From a virus, in IMG/VR virus record IMGVR_UViG_3300047382_000480, positions 1 to 64,000 of that record: a stretch of DNA of 64,000 nucleotides; one strand, 5' to 3'. Within the stretch, counting starts at the first letter, position 1. The number at the start of each line of letters is the position of its first letter. The position numbers were made by a program, and so were the translations under genes. Below, piece by piece: positions 28,914 to 38,536 of this stretch. The notes beneath the pieces are model-generated. The model saw only the letters and a program-made list of their open reading frames with translations, was not told where the DNA came from and searched no databases.

Positions 28914-29249
28914 TCAGTTGTCTTTTGCATTTTTGGTTGAAATATCGCCCATTCTTTTCTGGACGTTTTGAACAGCTTCTCTCACGGCAACAGACTTTTT
29001 GTCTTTTTTACCATAAGTGTTAGCAAGTTTTGAGTTCGGGTTGGCATCAGAAATTTTAGAAAGGACTTCTTTGAAACCGCCATCATTCTTAACTCTGTCA
29101 CCCAAACCCCCCTGATTCAACGCAGGAGCATTAATGTGCACTTGCTTCAAATGAGGGTTATCTTTAAGAAACTGGTCAAACCCTGAGATACTTACAATCC
29201 TTTCTTCGACCTCACCAGTCTCTTCATTCATAAAATCATACAAGGGCAT
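28914..29249 (-). CDS. FmdB-like phage protein (Cys-less)
   Basis: MPLYDF...TGEVEE...FLKDNPHL...GFKEVLSKI. Confidence 0.65.
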   Translation of the reverse strand: MPLYDFMNEETGEVEERIVSISGFDQFLKDNPHLKQVHINAPALNQGGLGDRVKNDGGFKEVLSKISDANPNSKLANTYGKKDKKSVAVREAVQNVQKRMGDISTKNAKDN

Positions 29250-29407
29250 CAGTTTTTATCCTTTTCTGCATCTAATATTTGTTGAGATGCCTTTACCCAA
29301 ACATCGACAGCACGAGTAGCAGTCTTATCTGAAAAATTATCTACTACCCACTGCGCCACATTTTTACTTTTACCATGTGGACATAATGTCCAAGTTAAAT
29401 CTTCCAT
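29249..29407 (-). CDS. Hypothetical protein (52 aa)
   Basis: Manual translation MEDLTWTLCPHGKSKNVAQW...; start/stop overlaps with both neighbours. Confidence 0.6.
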   Translation of the reverse strand: MEDLTWTLCPHGKSKNVAQWVVDNFSDKTATRAVDVWVKASQQILDAEKDKN

Positions 29408-29706
29408 TAGTGTTTATCCTCTTCAGCCATTTCAAACACTGCATTAGTAATAATTGTAGGGACAACTAATGCTATGTGAACACCGATCGCTACTGGGATG
29501 CTATAACCCAACCAGCCAATATAATAGATCGCAATCAAACCAAAGAATCCTGACCACATAACAAACAGAGCCATCAGTAGATAACCTTGCATTACTGGGT
29601 CAGGAATAAATCTAAGAGGATTGAACCTCAAGTCCATTATCATACGATACATTTCAGAAACTTTTTTAAACATATTATAATTCCTCGTCAAATAATCGTT
29701 GCTCAT
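29407..29706 (-). CDS. Small membrane protein
   Basis: Two hydrophobic helices; MDLRFNPLRFIPD motif. Confidence 0.65.
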   Translation of the reverse strand: MSNDYLTRNYNMFKKVSEMYRMIMDLRFNPLRFIPDPVMQGYLLMALFVMWSGFFGLIAIYYIGWLGYSIPVAIGVHIALVVPTIITNAVFEMAEEDKH

Positions 29707-29938
29707 TTAATTCATCAGTCATACTAATCAATTCAGAATCAGTGAAGTGATCAATAGAACCATTGTGCCGTACACCATAACACCCTATCCAAGCATCAGT
29801 AAATGCCACCTCTATAGCGTGACGAGCAAATTGCTCAATCGTTTCGACACCTTTATGGCGCCAATAGGTGGCAGTGTTCTGAAGTTTAAAAACTCTGTTT
29901 GCATTCAATTCATCAATATAATCAAGTAGTGCATCCAT
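29675..29938 (-). CDS. Hypothetical early protein
   Basis: 87 aa, GAGG SD, follows sigma70 promoter. Confidence 0.65.
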   Translation of the reverse strand: MDALLDYIDELNANRVFKLQNTATYWRHKGVETIEQFARHAIEVAFTDAWIGCYGVRHNGSIDHFTDSELISMTDELNEQRLFDEEL

Positions 29939-29963
29939 AATAAAATCCTCATCACAAAGGACT

Positions 29964-29992
29964 ATTATACTACATTATAATGAAAAAGTCAA
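29964..29992 (-). promoter_or_regulatory. Sigma70-type promoter
   Basis: TTGACT-17-TATAAT. Confidence 0.8.
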
Positions 29993-30000
29993 CACTTTTA

Positions 30001-30114
30001 TTACTTGAATTTGCTATCTATCCAACATTTACCAGTGTAAAGTATACCCAACCAAATAGTGAACAAGACACCATCAAAGTAAGATAATGAGTTCCACGCT
30101 TCTACTGGATCCAT
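30001..30114 (-). CDS. Small single-TM protein (37 aa)
   Basis: Manual translation MDPVEAWNSLSYFDGVLFTIWLGILYTGKCWIDSKFK; TAATG coupling. Confidence 0.55.
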   Translation of the reverse strand: MDPVEAWNSLSYFDGVLFTIWLGILYTGKCWIDSKFK

Positions 30115-30434
30115 TACTTCTTACCTTTCATAGCTTGAGTACCAAAGAATGCAGCAACGATACCAGCAACAGCAACAAAATATGTTGGAGCCATATCACC
30201 TAGCGTTTCTTGTGCTTGATCTAATCCAGTGAGAGAAGCAATAACTACAGCGAATGGATAGAGTAACATTCCTCCAAGTGAGAACCATGCCATATTGCGT
30301 TGCGCATCACGCATTGCATCAGCATCTTCGAGTTCCTTACGTTTAAACTCAAGGTACATTTTTTCTTCTTCTTTTGATACCTTTCCATCACCATTTGAAT
30401 CTGCTGGGTGGAAAACCTTTTCTTCTTCAGACAT
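30114..30434 (-). CDS. EF-hand-loop plus two-TM protein, holin candidate
   Basis: DSNGDGKVSKEE EF-hand loop, two TM helices, basic C-terminus. Confidence 0.55.
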   Translation of the reverse strand: MSEEEKVFHPADSNGDGKVSKEEEKMYLEFKRKELEDADAMRDAQRNMAWFSLGGMLLYPFAVVIASLTGLDQAQETLGDMAPTYFVAVAGIVAAFFGTQAMKGKK

Positions 30435-31024
30435 TACTTAACCTCAACTTTGCAATTTGCTTTACGATGACCATTCCAAGCCACAAACCCACCAATAACT
30501 AGTGCCCAATAAGCAAGTTTATTCAAAACGTGGAATCCATTTTGTTCAATGTTTATATCTCTGAACAGTTGATCAGCTTCGTTTTGAGTCATAGGCTCAG
30601 AAGTAGATTTTTTGCCTTTCTTGAGAAGAACAGTGTACTTGTAGGCATAATCGTGGACAAGACCACCAATAAGTAATACGCCAGTTGGTGACAACCAAGA
30701 AGCTAGGAACTTAGGAACAGATGCACCATCAAACACGAAACCTTTTGGGATCACATATTTCTCACCACAAACTTCGAAGTTCCAGTCTTTAGCGATTTCC
30801 CACGTTCGGACACCAAGCAACCACATTTTAATTGCACTCCAAAAACCCTTACCAGCAGTTGGTATTGTGATTGGTTTCATATGTGGCATTTCTTTAAATG
30901 AAAGGTTTACAATAGGATCTTCTTGGTCAACACCGAAATAATTTACAACGAAGCCAACTATGATTAAAATACCTACAACAGTGAATTGCCAAAAGTTTAC
31001 TAACTGATCTAAAATGAATTCCAT
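30434..31024 (-). CDS. DUF1353-like protein with N-terminal TM
   Basis: IPKGFVFDGASVP...LVHDYAY...EADQLF. Confidence 0.75.
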   Translation of the reverse strand: MEFILDQLVNFWQFTVVGILIIVGFVVNYFGVDQEDPIVNLSFKEMPHMKPITIPTAGKGFWSAIKMWLLGVRTWEIAKDWNFEVCGEKYVIPKGFVFDGASVPKFLASWLSPTGVLLIGGLVHDYAYKYTVLLKKGKKSTSEPMTQNEADQLFRDINIEQNGFHVLNKLAYWALVIGGFVAWNGHRKANCKVEVK

Positions 31025-31602
31025 TACTTTTCCTCTTTATCTATCTTAATTTCAACCGCCTGTGCTTCTTCATCACCTATCGTCACATTTCTGTAATAAA
31101 TGATAACCTCACCTAGTTGGCTGATATATCGTTTAATTTCCTGAGTGTTATAAGCCATTAACTCATAATCCTCAACTGTCATTGCCACAAATACTACATC
31201 GCCAGAATACTTCTTTTTGATGTCGTCAATAAATCTATCCATGTATGTATAATCATCTGGCCAATCTGGGTTTTCTCTTCCCAGCTTACACACTCTTATG
31301 ACTCGACCTTTTTCATTAAGTAAACCATCAGGATGATCTACTTTAGGTCTTTTGTACCTTTCTTCACCATTATCATAAAACTGCGGTGGATCAAATGATT
31401 CTTTGTTACAAGGATTACTTGCCTTTGCATCAGAAACAACATACCACTTTGGTTCTTTCAAATCCAAAGGTCTGGGCATAACAGGTTGCGCGATGTCTAT
31501 CTTGATCGGCTTAGTTATGACTTCAACGTCTTTTGTCCCCAGCAGAGAACAGGCACTAGTCGTTGATAGTAGAAAGATCAGTGCTAATTTTTTCAATTGC
31601 AT
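31024..31602 (-). CDS. Outer-membrane lipoprotein, o-spanin (Rz1-like) candidate
   Basis: GGAGG SD; signal peptide with lipobox TSAC; Pro-rich linker; overlaps end of upstream TM/coiled-coil gene. Confidence 0.65.
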   Translation of the reverse strand: MQLKKLALIFLLSTTSACSLLGTKDVEVITKPIKIDIAQPVMPRPLDLKEPKWYVVSDAKASNPCNKESFDPPQFYDNGEERYKRPKVDHPDGLLNEKGRVIRVCKLGRENPDWPDDYTYMDRFIDDIKKKYSGDVVFVAMTVEDYELMAYNTQEIKRYISQLGEVIIYYRNVTIGDEEAQAVEIKIDKEEK

Positions 31603-31924
31603 CAAAGACCTCCTTAGTTCTGTCATTCGCTCTCACCTCAATCATTCCAGGTTTTGCGCTTGCGAGTTGAGCGAGATTATGCCGTCTAAAGATATCAAGA
31701 TAATTAGCCATCTCTGCCTCATATTGTTGATTTTGAGATTGTAGATTTGCTAATGCTTTCTGAGATACAACCATTCTTTCTTGTATGGCTTGGATTGCTT
31801 CTCTTTGTTCGGCATCTCTTACCTCATAGGCAGTGTTCAACTGTATGAGTTCTTGATTCTTGTTATAGAGAAAATAACCCCCGAGACCCATAACAAAAAT
31901 TATTCCAATGAGTACCTTAGACAT
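31556..31924 (-). CDS. i-spanin (Rz-like) candidate
   Basis: N-terminal TM followed by coiled-coil; overlaps lipoprotein gene. Confidence 0.65.
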   Translation of the reverse strand: MSKVLIGIIFVMGLGGYFLYNKNQELIQLNTAYEVRDAEQREAIQAIQERMVVSQKALANLQSQNQQYEAEMANYLDIFRRHNLAQLASAKPGMIEVRANDRTKEVFDAIEKISTDLSTIND

Positions 31925-32124
31925 TACTCGTCCATACAGATTGTCCATGCTCCATAACCAATGGCTGCAACAGCGACAATGTTAGCGATAGGTTTCAACA
32001 GTAAAAATGTAATTCCTGCTGCAATTAACACGATTCCATCGTGTCCCTTTCTGTTTCCGAGTTTACTTTTAATAAGATCAAGCATAGTTTTTTCCTGTTT
32101 ATCCATTTTATTTTTAAGGATCAT
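31924..32124 (-). CDS. Small two-TM membrane protein
   Basis: Hydrophobic helices; follows late promoter; start uncertain. Confidence 0.55.
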   Translation of the reverse strand: MILKNKMDKQEKTMLDLIKSKLGNRKGHDGIVLIAAGITFLLLKPIANIVAVAAIGYGAWTICMDE

Positions 32125-32149
32125 AATTTCAAATATCCCATAGGTTTTT

Positions 32150-32157
32150 TATTTATA
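32150..32157 (-). promoter_or_regulatory. T4-type late promoter heading the putative lysis operon
   Basis: TATAAATA overlapping helicase stop. Confidence 0.7.
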
Positions 32158-33541
32158 ACTTAAAATTGTCATAATTAGAATTCATTTGAGTATTGAACGA
32201 ATAGTCAAGAGAAGCATTACTTTTGTTTTGACCGCTATCAACTATTTGATTCTGTACTTCTTCTGTTAAATCAAACAAACGCATCTTAGATCTATCAACC
32301 CCGATCATAAATCTTTTGTTAGAAGTGGGGTCGGCATATCGGTTTTTCAACTGTTTCACCATAATCTGCTGTTGTTCTTCAAGTTCTTCGGTGCTTATAA
32401 GGGCAAACATAAGATCTGCCGTGGCAGGAAGACCGAATGATTCCGAAGTATCAGTCAATTCAACATCGCTGTTACCATAACCAGAACGAGTAGTCTGTGT
32501 TGCAGAAACAATAGGAAGGTCGTGTTCAACGGCAAGACCTCTTAGTTCCTCAGCAATACTTTTGATAATAGTGTACGAGTTTGCATTAGAGCCTGATTTG
32601 AAACGACTGCTATTACAGATGTTCAAGTAATCAATGAATATAATATCGGGAGAGAATGAACGCTTGAGTTTGAGTTCTTGTATCAATGCTTTAAAGTGAC
32701 CAGCATGAGCAGATGCAGTTGGGTATTCTTTAATGATTAACTTACCATCAATCTTGTTTCTAATTTTATTTACCCGATCATCAAACATTTTCTTCGGAAG
32801 ATCTTTTAAATCACCGATGGGCACGTTCATCATATTAGCATCAATACGTTCAGCAATTCTTTCTTCAGCCATTTCTAGAGTGATGTAGAGAACATTTTTA
32901 CCTTGTGAGATACAAGCTGCAGCCATATGACACATGAACAAAGACTTACCAACACCAGTACCAGCCAAAGCAATATTCAGTGTTTTATTTGGAAGACCGC
33001 CATCAGTAATTTTGTTGAAGTAATCAAGATCAAATGGAATCTTTTCTTCAACACGATTATAGAACTCAAACCGATCATTTGCATTTTCAATATAATCGTG
33101 ACCAATATTATTATCAAACCCGACTGACAAAGCATCTGATAACAGAGAAGGTAGAGCATCTTTAGACCTTTCCTTGTCTGATCCGTCAATAATCTGAATA
33201 CTATCCATGATAGCATTATAGACTGCTTTATCTTTACAAAACTTCTCGGTTTCATCTATAAGCCATTGTTCATCGGCTTCAAGAGTATTCAACCCATTTA
33301 TAAGGGTCTCGCACTGAACATACAAATCTTCGCTAATTTTTCTATCGTCTTGAAGAGCAATCAACAATACACCTTTAGTTGGTGGATTATTATACTTCGC
33401 AACATAGTCAAAGATTTTCTCGAATACAATCCTGTCATCTGATTCGGTAAAATAACTTGACTTTAGGAAAGGAGTGACCTTACGGACATACTCTTCATTA
33501 GTCACTAGATTCGATAAAATTTGTGTCTCTATTCTCATCAA
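32153..33541 (-). CDS. 41: Replicative DNA helicase (gp41)
   Basis: LAGTGVGKS, YITLEMAEE, IKEYPT, IDYLNI, SESFGLP, KQLKNRY. Confidence 0.96.
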   Translation of the reverse strand: MMRIETQILSNLVTNEEYVRKVTPFLKSSYFTESDDRIVFEKIFDYVAKYNNPPTKGVLLIALQDDRKISEDLYVQCETLINGLNTLEADEQWLIDETEKFCKDKAVYNAIMDSIQIIDGSDKERSKDALPSLLSDALSVGFDNNIGHDYIENANDRFEFYNRVEEKIPFDLDYFNKITDGGLPNKTLNIALAGTGVGKSLFMCHMAAACISQGKNVLYITLEMAEERIAERIDANMMNVPIGDLKDLPKKMFDDRVNKIRNKIDGKLIIKEYPTASAHAGHFKALIQELKLKRSFSPDIIFIDYLNICNSSRFKSGSNANSYTIIKSIAEELRGLAVEHDLPIVSATQTTRSGYGNSDVELTDTSESFGLPATADLMFALISTEELEEQQQIMVKQLKNRYADPTSNKRFMIGVDRSKMRLFDLTEEVQNQIVDSGQNKSNASLDYSFNTQMNSNYDNFKL

Positions 33542-33677
33542 TAAATTCTCTTCTCACTCGTTCAACACAGTCTTCGCAAAGACCAATATCACCATCAGGT
33601 GTTTGAAACACAATAGCAGGTGTTTGTGTCTCTATTGTACACGAACAACTGTCACAAGTCAAGCATTCTTTACTCAT
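33498..33677 (-). CDS. Small zinc-finger protein (59 aa)
   Basis: Manual translation MSKECLTCDSCSCTIE...GLCEDCVERV...; lies between uvsX and 41. Confidence 0.6.
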   Translation of the reverse strand: MSKECLTCDSCSCTIETQTPAIVFQTPDGDIGLCEDCVERVRREFIDENRDTNFIESSD

Positions 33678-34725
33678 ATGCTTCTGCTATATCTTCGTCA
33701 GATACTTCATCCTGCATAATAGAACCAGAGGAAATCAAATACCTTGACTCAATCCAAGAGGTGAAGGAATGATCAGACAAAATAGGCAACCAGAAATCTT
33801 TGTTATGAGTTTCTTTTGCTCGATAATTCTTACTGTCTGGACCATTTGCAGCAACTTGATACCACCCGACTTTTGGTTTGACCACGTGACCAGATTCCAT
33901 AGCCATATCTAATAATCCAGACCACTTACTGATACCACCTTCAAATGATACCTCTACTGGAATCTTTGATTTCTCTCGAACATAACGTGACTTCTCAACA
34001 TTAATGATAAAATTATATCCTGTTATATCAGTACCAGTTTTTTCTTGCTGTCTACCAATGATATAGATGTTATCAGCAGAGTAGTAAATTCCTGTACCAC
34101 CCGATACAATTGCTTTCGGGAACATACCAATTTCCATATAAGTGTGATTCACAACTACAGCAGGGATATCTTTAATAGACAAATGGGGTGTGATCATACG
34201 GAATAAAGACTTCATCTGTTTAGCACGAGTCATATCAGCGACTGACTTACCATCTAGCGCATCATCTACTTCTTTCTTTGAAGCCAAATTACCGACTGAA
34301 TCAACAACTATAATGACGTGATCGCCACGCTCAATGTTATTAAGTTGAGACATCATATCGTGCTTTAGTTGCTCAATATCTGTAATCGGTGTATGCATGA
34401 TACGATCTGTATCAATACCGAAACTGTCGAAGTAACCCTGTGGCGCACCAAACTCTGAATCATAGAACAAAACAACAGCATCATCATATTTGTCTAGATA
34501 TGCTTTGATCATCAACATAGCGAATGCTGTTTTGAAGTGCTTACTTGGTCCAGCAAAAACTGTAAGACCAGGAGTTAAACCGCCATCAAGGCGACCACTC
34601 AATGCTACGTTCAACGCTGGAACTGATGTTTGAATCAAGTCCTTAGTGTTGAAGAACTTTGAATTTGATAGAACATTTGACTCTTTGATAGTCGAGTTCT
34701 TTTGTAGTTTATCTATAAGGCTCAT
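33670..34725 (-). CDS. uvsX: RecA-like recombinase UvsX
   Basis: AGPSKHFKT, FYDSEFG, DSVGNLAS, SGGTG. Confidence 0.95.
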   Translation of the reverse strand: MSLIDKLQKNSTIKESNVLSNSKFFNTKDLIQTSVPALNVALSGRLDGGLTPGLTVFAGPSKHFKTAFAMLMIKAYLDKYDDAVVLFYDSEFGAPQGYFDSFGIDTDRIMHTPITDIEQLKHDMMSQLNNIERGDHVIIVVDSVGNLASKKEVDDALDGKSVADMTRAKQMKSLFRMITPHLSIKDIPAVVVNHTYMEIGMFPKAIVSGGTGIYYSADNIYIIGRQQEKTGTDITGYNFIINVEKSRYVREKSKIPVEVSFEGGISKWSGLLDMAMESGHVVKPKVGWYQVAANGPDSKNYRAKETHNKDFWLPILSDHSFTSWIESRYLISSGSIMQDEVSDEDIAEAYE

Positions 34726-34726
34726 T

Positions 34727-35191
34727 TTAATCTCCAATAATATAGGGAATTCTATTTACAAGGTCTTCATAACTTTCATCAAAAATACTTATTTTGAGGA
34801 GGATCCTTTCCTGATCTTCAGCATCAACCCCATGTAATCTAGTCGTATTGAGGATAGCTTGTTCATAAGTATATTCACTGTCCTCAACCTTAACAGGCGC
34901 AGGGTTATCTGTTAAAACAAAATTAATCGAACATGTGGTGTTGTTATCTACGTGCATTGGCAACGCAAAATTAGGTTGTTTCCAATAAAACCTCGGACTT
35001 CCATTCACTCCAAGGTCTTTCATAATCTCATCAATATAGTCATCAGTATACTCTAAAATCAACCAAGAGTCAAGTTCTAATCCTGGATATCTTGAATCAG
35101 TATATGGATCTGCAAGATGCTTAACGCTTTCTGCCAAAGCAAGCAACCTATCCTTGTCGATCGGGTAGTTTAGATGAGTGACTGGGGTCAT
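34727..35191 (-). CDS. Cupin/2OG-Fe(II) oxygenase-like protein
   Basis: LPMHVD (HxD), NTTRLHGV (His), ERILLKIS (Arg). Confidence 0.55.
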   Translation of the reverse strand: MTPVTHLNYPIDKDRLLALAESVKHLADPYTDSRYPGLELDSWLILEYTDDYIDEIMKDLGVNGSPRFYWKQPNFALPMHVDNNTTCSINFVLTDNPAPVKVEDSEYTYEQAILNTTRLHGVDAEDQERILLKISIFDESYEDLVNRIPYIIGD

Positions 35192-35541
35192 AAAACTTTT
35201 GCGATATCTGGTTTGAAATATGTATCTGGTTTCATTACCTTACCATTCTTATCTTTTATAACTTTACCATCAACACACTTGCTCATATTTGATTCTCTGA
35301 CTTCACGCCAGACATCATCAAAAGGAATACCTAGTGTATTAGCCATCCCCAAGATTACCCAGACCATGTCTGCTAACCCATCAGCAACCTCAACCTTGTC
35401 TCCCTTTTCAAACCCATCAACAGTTTCTTGCCATTCTTCTTTGATGAGTTCCATATACAAATATGCTTGCGCTGATTTCATACCAACATCGCTTGGTTGA
35501 TCACACGCATCCATAAATTTTTTAACGTCTATTTGATACAT
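35188..35541 (-). CDS. MazG-like NTP pyrophosphohydrolase
   Basis: LIKEEWQE, EVADGLAD, EVRESNMSK, GKVMKP. Confidence 0.85.
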   Translation of the reverse strand: MYQIDVKKFMDACDQPSDVGMKSAQAYLYMELIKEEWQETVDGFEKGDKVEVADGLADMVWVILGMANTLGIPFDDVWREVRESNMSKCVDGKVIKDKNGKVMKPDTYFKPDIAKVL

Positions 35542-38060
35542 TATCCGAATAAATCCTCTAGTGTGGCTACTGGTTTAGATTTCCAACCAATGCTCTCTGC
35601 GACAGTATTTAGCGGTTCGATAAATGCTTTTTCAAACATCAATTCATAATCGATATACTTATGCAAGTCGAACTCAGGTGGAACCTTTGAAGCGAATGCA
35701 ATAATATTCTCACCGAGAGTGTTTGGTTCTTTTAAATATACAAACTTGATTTTATCGCCCTCGTTTATTAGAGGATATTTCATATCAAGTTTGCGCTTTT
35801 TCAACTCGTGGTTATACAACAATGCTCCACGAACCTGAATTGGTGTTCCCTTTTGATAGATGTCAGAGGTAGAACTATACTTAATTAAATTATTACAACC
35901 TCGAGGGAATGAAATCTGCTCAACAGGTCTTTGTTTAAAGTCATTCCAATTAGTTTCAACAAAGTTCTGCAAGGCAGTTTGGTCTTTAGTCAAACAAATA
36001 TTTACTGCTTCTTTCAAACTTTCTCGCACAGGCGCAGGCGTAGAGGAACGAACAATCTCCAGACCCATAGCTTTCAATTTGGGTTGTTCATAACGAACAC
36101 CCTCGTTGTCCCAGACGTTCAGAGCATATCGTTTCTTGGCAACCCAAATACCTTTATCGGCAATCGCCTCACGTTTGAAGAAGATCTTCTCCTCGTATGC
36201 ATTTGTGTACTCAGCTAACTTAGTCATTGCCTTTGCGATTGCTGGTTCAATCTTTTCCTCGCCAATCTTATCCAAGACATCAACGACCTTTTCTGTGGGC
36301 ATATCCTTGAAGAACTTCTTAACAAGTTTGTCCATTGTAATATAACAAGAATCTGTGTCAGAATAGAAAGAGTAGACTTCACCTTCTGTACCACAAACCT
36401 CGTTTAAATATTCATCAAGTGCCTTTGCAGTTTCTCGGATAATAAACTGCCCTGATAATGTGATACCCTCGGCAATCCTGTCATCATAATATCTAAAATA
36501 CTGGTTAGCCATCGCACCATAAAGGCTGTTCAATTGAATTTTACGAGCCATTTGGAAGTTGTTGTATTTTGCGATCTTGGCTTTGAGTGAGGGATCTTTT
36601 GTTTTCTCAAACTCCCGCTCAGTTTCTTTCATCAACTTCTTATACTTTTGGCGATCATCAAAGAATGTTTGAGTAATCTCAGCAAAGACACCCTGTTTAT
36701 GCCGAGAAAACTTAGCACCATTTGCAGCAACAGCATGCTGAGTTTCAATAGTTGTATCTCGGCTTAACAATTTATCAACACTAGTATCGATAGATGCCTC
36801 ATCAGATACTAGAGTTTCGGGTGACATATTGTATTGCATAATGATAGAAGGATAAAGAGAGGTGGCGTCAAAACTCAGCACCCAATCATACCCACCCACT
36901 TTGGGTTGCTGAACATACGCACCCTCAATAGTTCTCCCTTGATTATCTTTCTTCTGAGGAATCATAATATTTTTCTTCAGAAGGTGATTATATAAGAGGC
37001 AATCCCAAGTACGAACTGACGAATAAATGTCGTTTAGATTACACTTTGCATCATATGCCATCGTAGCAATCAACTCTATGAGTTTCATCTTGTCTTCAAG
37101 CTCATCAACAAGTTTACTATCGATTATGTTATAGTCTACAAATCTATTCCAATCTTTCTCATAAAACTCTTTGAACGTATCATAATTGTTTTCAAGTTTT
37201 TTGTGACCAAGTTCTACCTCAGCAATATAGTCCAGCTTGTAAGACTCTCGGACTTGGTATGTAAACTTCTTATACAAATCAAGATAGTCAAGTTGAGCAA
37301 CACCCTTTATATCATACAAGGTGTGTTCACGACCCATCATTTTAATGCTTTTCTTGCGAGTCATATTGAATGGACTAAAACCATTCTTGACTTTATTTTG
37401 CTTTTGTTCGTCTTGACCACCGAGTACTCTAGCACATCGGCTCATAAGATACGGAATATCAAAAAACTCAATATTCCAACCTGTGATAATATCTGGAGTA
37501 TTTTGAAACCACCACGTACCAAATTTGGTCAACAACTCATATTCGTCAACACAAGACTCATACTTGATGTTTAGATCCTTAACTTCTTCAGATTGAGGAT
37601 CCCAGTCGCCTTCACCCCATGTAAGTATCTCTTTGGTGTTGTTATCAACCACAGTTATGAGGGTTATGCGCTCCTTTGGATTGTCAACATCGGGGAATCC
37701 ATGCTCGGTTGTGGTCTCAATATCCAAAGACTGGATATTCATAACCGACATATCAAAGGGAACTTCGTCAGGATATCGATCGGAAAGATATTGATAGGTC
37801 AGATCAGTCTGACCATATATCGGATAATTACCAATCCCTTCATAGCTTTGAACAAACTCCCGACAATCAGAAGCATTAGTAAACTCCACTGGTTTTAAGT
37901 TTTCGCCATAGAGTCCCTTGATGCCTGATTCTTCGGGAGATCGAACATATAACTTTGGTTTGAAAGAAGGGTCGCTTTCAGTGAACGCAACCCCATCGCG
38001 GTATCCTCTGGTCAATACGTTTTTTCCGTATTGCCAACAATATGTATAAAATTCAGTCAT
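35541..38060 (-). CDS. 43: Family B DNA polymerase (gp43)
   Basis: DIET exo I, FDATSLYPS, KIQLNSLYG, YSDTDS, KKRY. Confidence 0.97.
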   Translation of the reverse strand: MTEFYTYCWQYGKNVLTRGYRDGVAFTESDPSFKPKLYVRSPEESGIKGLYGENLKPVEFTNASDCREFVQSYEGIGNYPIYGQTDLTYQYLSDRYPDEVPFDMSVMNIQSLDIETTTEHGFPDVDNPKERITLITVVDNNTKEILTWGEGDWDPQSEEVKDLNIKYESCVDEYELLTKFGTWWFQNTPDIITGWNIEFFDIPYLMSRCARVLGGQDEQKQNKVKNGFSPFNMTRKKSIKMMGREHTLYDIKGVAQLDYLDLYKKFTYQVRESYKLDYIAEVELGHKKLENNYDTFKEFYEKDWNRFVDYNIIDSKLVDELEDKMKLIELIATMAYDAKCNLNDIYSSVRTWDCLLYNHLLKKNIMIPQKKDNQGRTIEGAYVQQPKVGGYDWVLSFDATSLYPSIIMQYNMSPETLVSDEASIDTSVDKLLSRDTTIETQHAVAANGAKFSRHKQGVFAEITQTFFDDRQKYKKLMKETEREFEKTKDPSLKAKIAKYNNFQMARKIQLNSLYGAMANQYFRYYDDRIAEGITLSGQFIIRETAKALDEYLNEVCGTEGEVYSFYSDTDSCYITMDKLVKKFFKDMPTEKVVDVLDKIGEEKIEPAIAKAMTKLAEYTNAYEEKIFFKREAIADKGIWVAKKRYALNVWDNEGVRYEQPKLKAMGLEIVRSSTPAPVRESLKEAVNICLTKDQTALQNFVETNWNDFKQRPVEQISFPRGCNNLIKYSSTSDIYQKGTPIQVRGALLYNHELKKRKLDMKYPLINEGDKIKFVYLKEPNTLGENIIAFASKVPPEFDLHKYIDYELMFEKAFIEPLNTVAESIGWKSKPVATLEDLFG

Positions 38061-38066
38061 GAGTAG

Positions 38067-38095
38067 ATTATACCCTCATCAGGCATAAAAGTCAA
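38067..38095 (-). promoter_or_regulatory. Sigma70-type promoter, leaderless for gp43
   Basis: TTGACT-17-TATAAT then 6 nt to ATG, no SD. Confidence 0.75.
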
Positions 38096-38103
38096 GCACT
38101 AAA

Positions 38104-38490
38104 TTAAGTAATTATACTTTGTTGTTTTGGAGCAATGATTTCTTTCTTTGGAGTGATAAGACTGCTACCATAGTGATTCTTATACTCACTCTTCATTTGA
38201 TCGCTTGGTTGCATAACACCAATAACGTGCTGAGGCATAATGTGAATTGTATTCTCGTGAGCATATGGAGCGTATGGCGCAAGACCGATACTAAACTTGC
38301 TTCCATCTTTGTCGTTGTCAGCAGGTTGAAGAATGATTACAGCTGGCTTTGATAATACGATGATTTGACGATCTTGAACAACAACGTCTTGTACTTCACC
38401 GATTACTTCTTCACCAGAAGCTAATTTAAGAATTTGAATATGGGGTTCAGCTTTAGCTTCGGGTGTTTCTTTTTCTTTATCTTTACTCAT
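38104..38490 (-). CDS. Sm-like-fold hypothetical protein
   Basis: ILKLASGEEVIG...LAPYAPY pattern; lies between hsp20 and gp43. Confidence 0.65.
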   Translation of the reverse strand: MSKDKEKETPEAKAEPHIQILKLASGEEVIGEVQDVVVQDRQIIVLSKPAVIILQPADNDKDGSKFSIGLAPYAPYAHENTIHIMPQHVIGVMQPSDQMKSEYKNHYGSSLITPKKEIIAPKQQSIIT

Positions 38491-38507
38491 AATATAGTTC
38501 CTATGTT

Positions 38508-38529
38508 GGGGGAGCAGTATCGCTCCCCC
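38508..38529. terminator. GC-rich hairpin after hsp20 (terminator or stability element)
   Basis: GGGGAGC-agtatc-GCTCCCC; weak U tract on minus strand. Confidence 0.45.
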
Positions 38530-38536
38530 TTATTTA

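Noticed and set aside
13250-38060. Introns or inteins in nrdA, nrdB, thyX, primase, helicase or polymerase
   Set aside because: All are continuous ORFs of ordinary length with no intein or intron signatures
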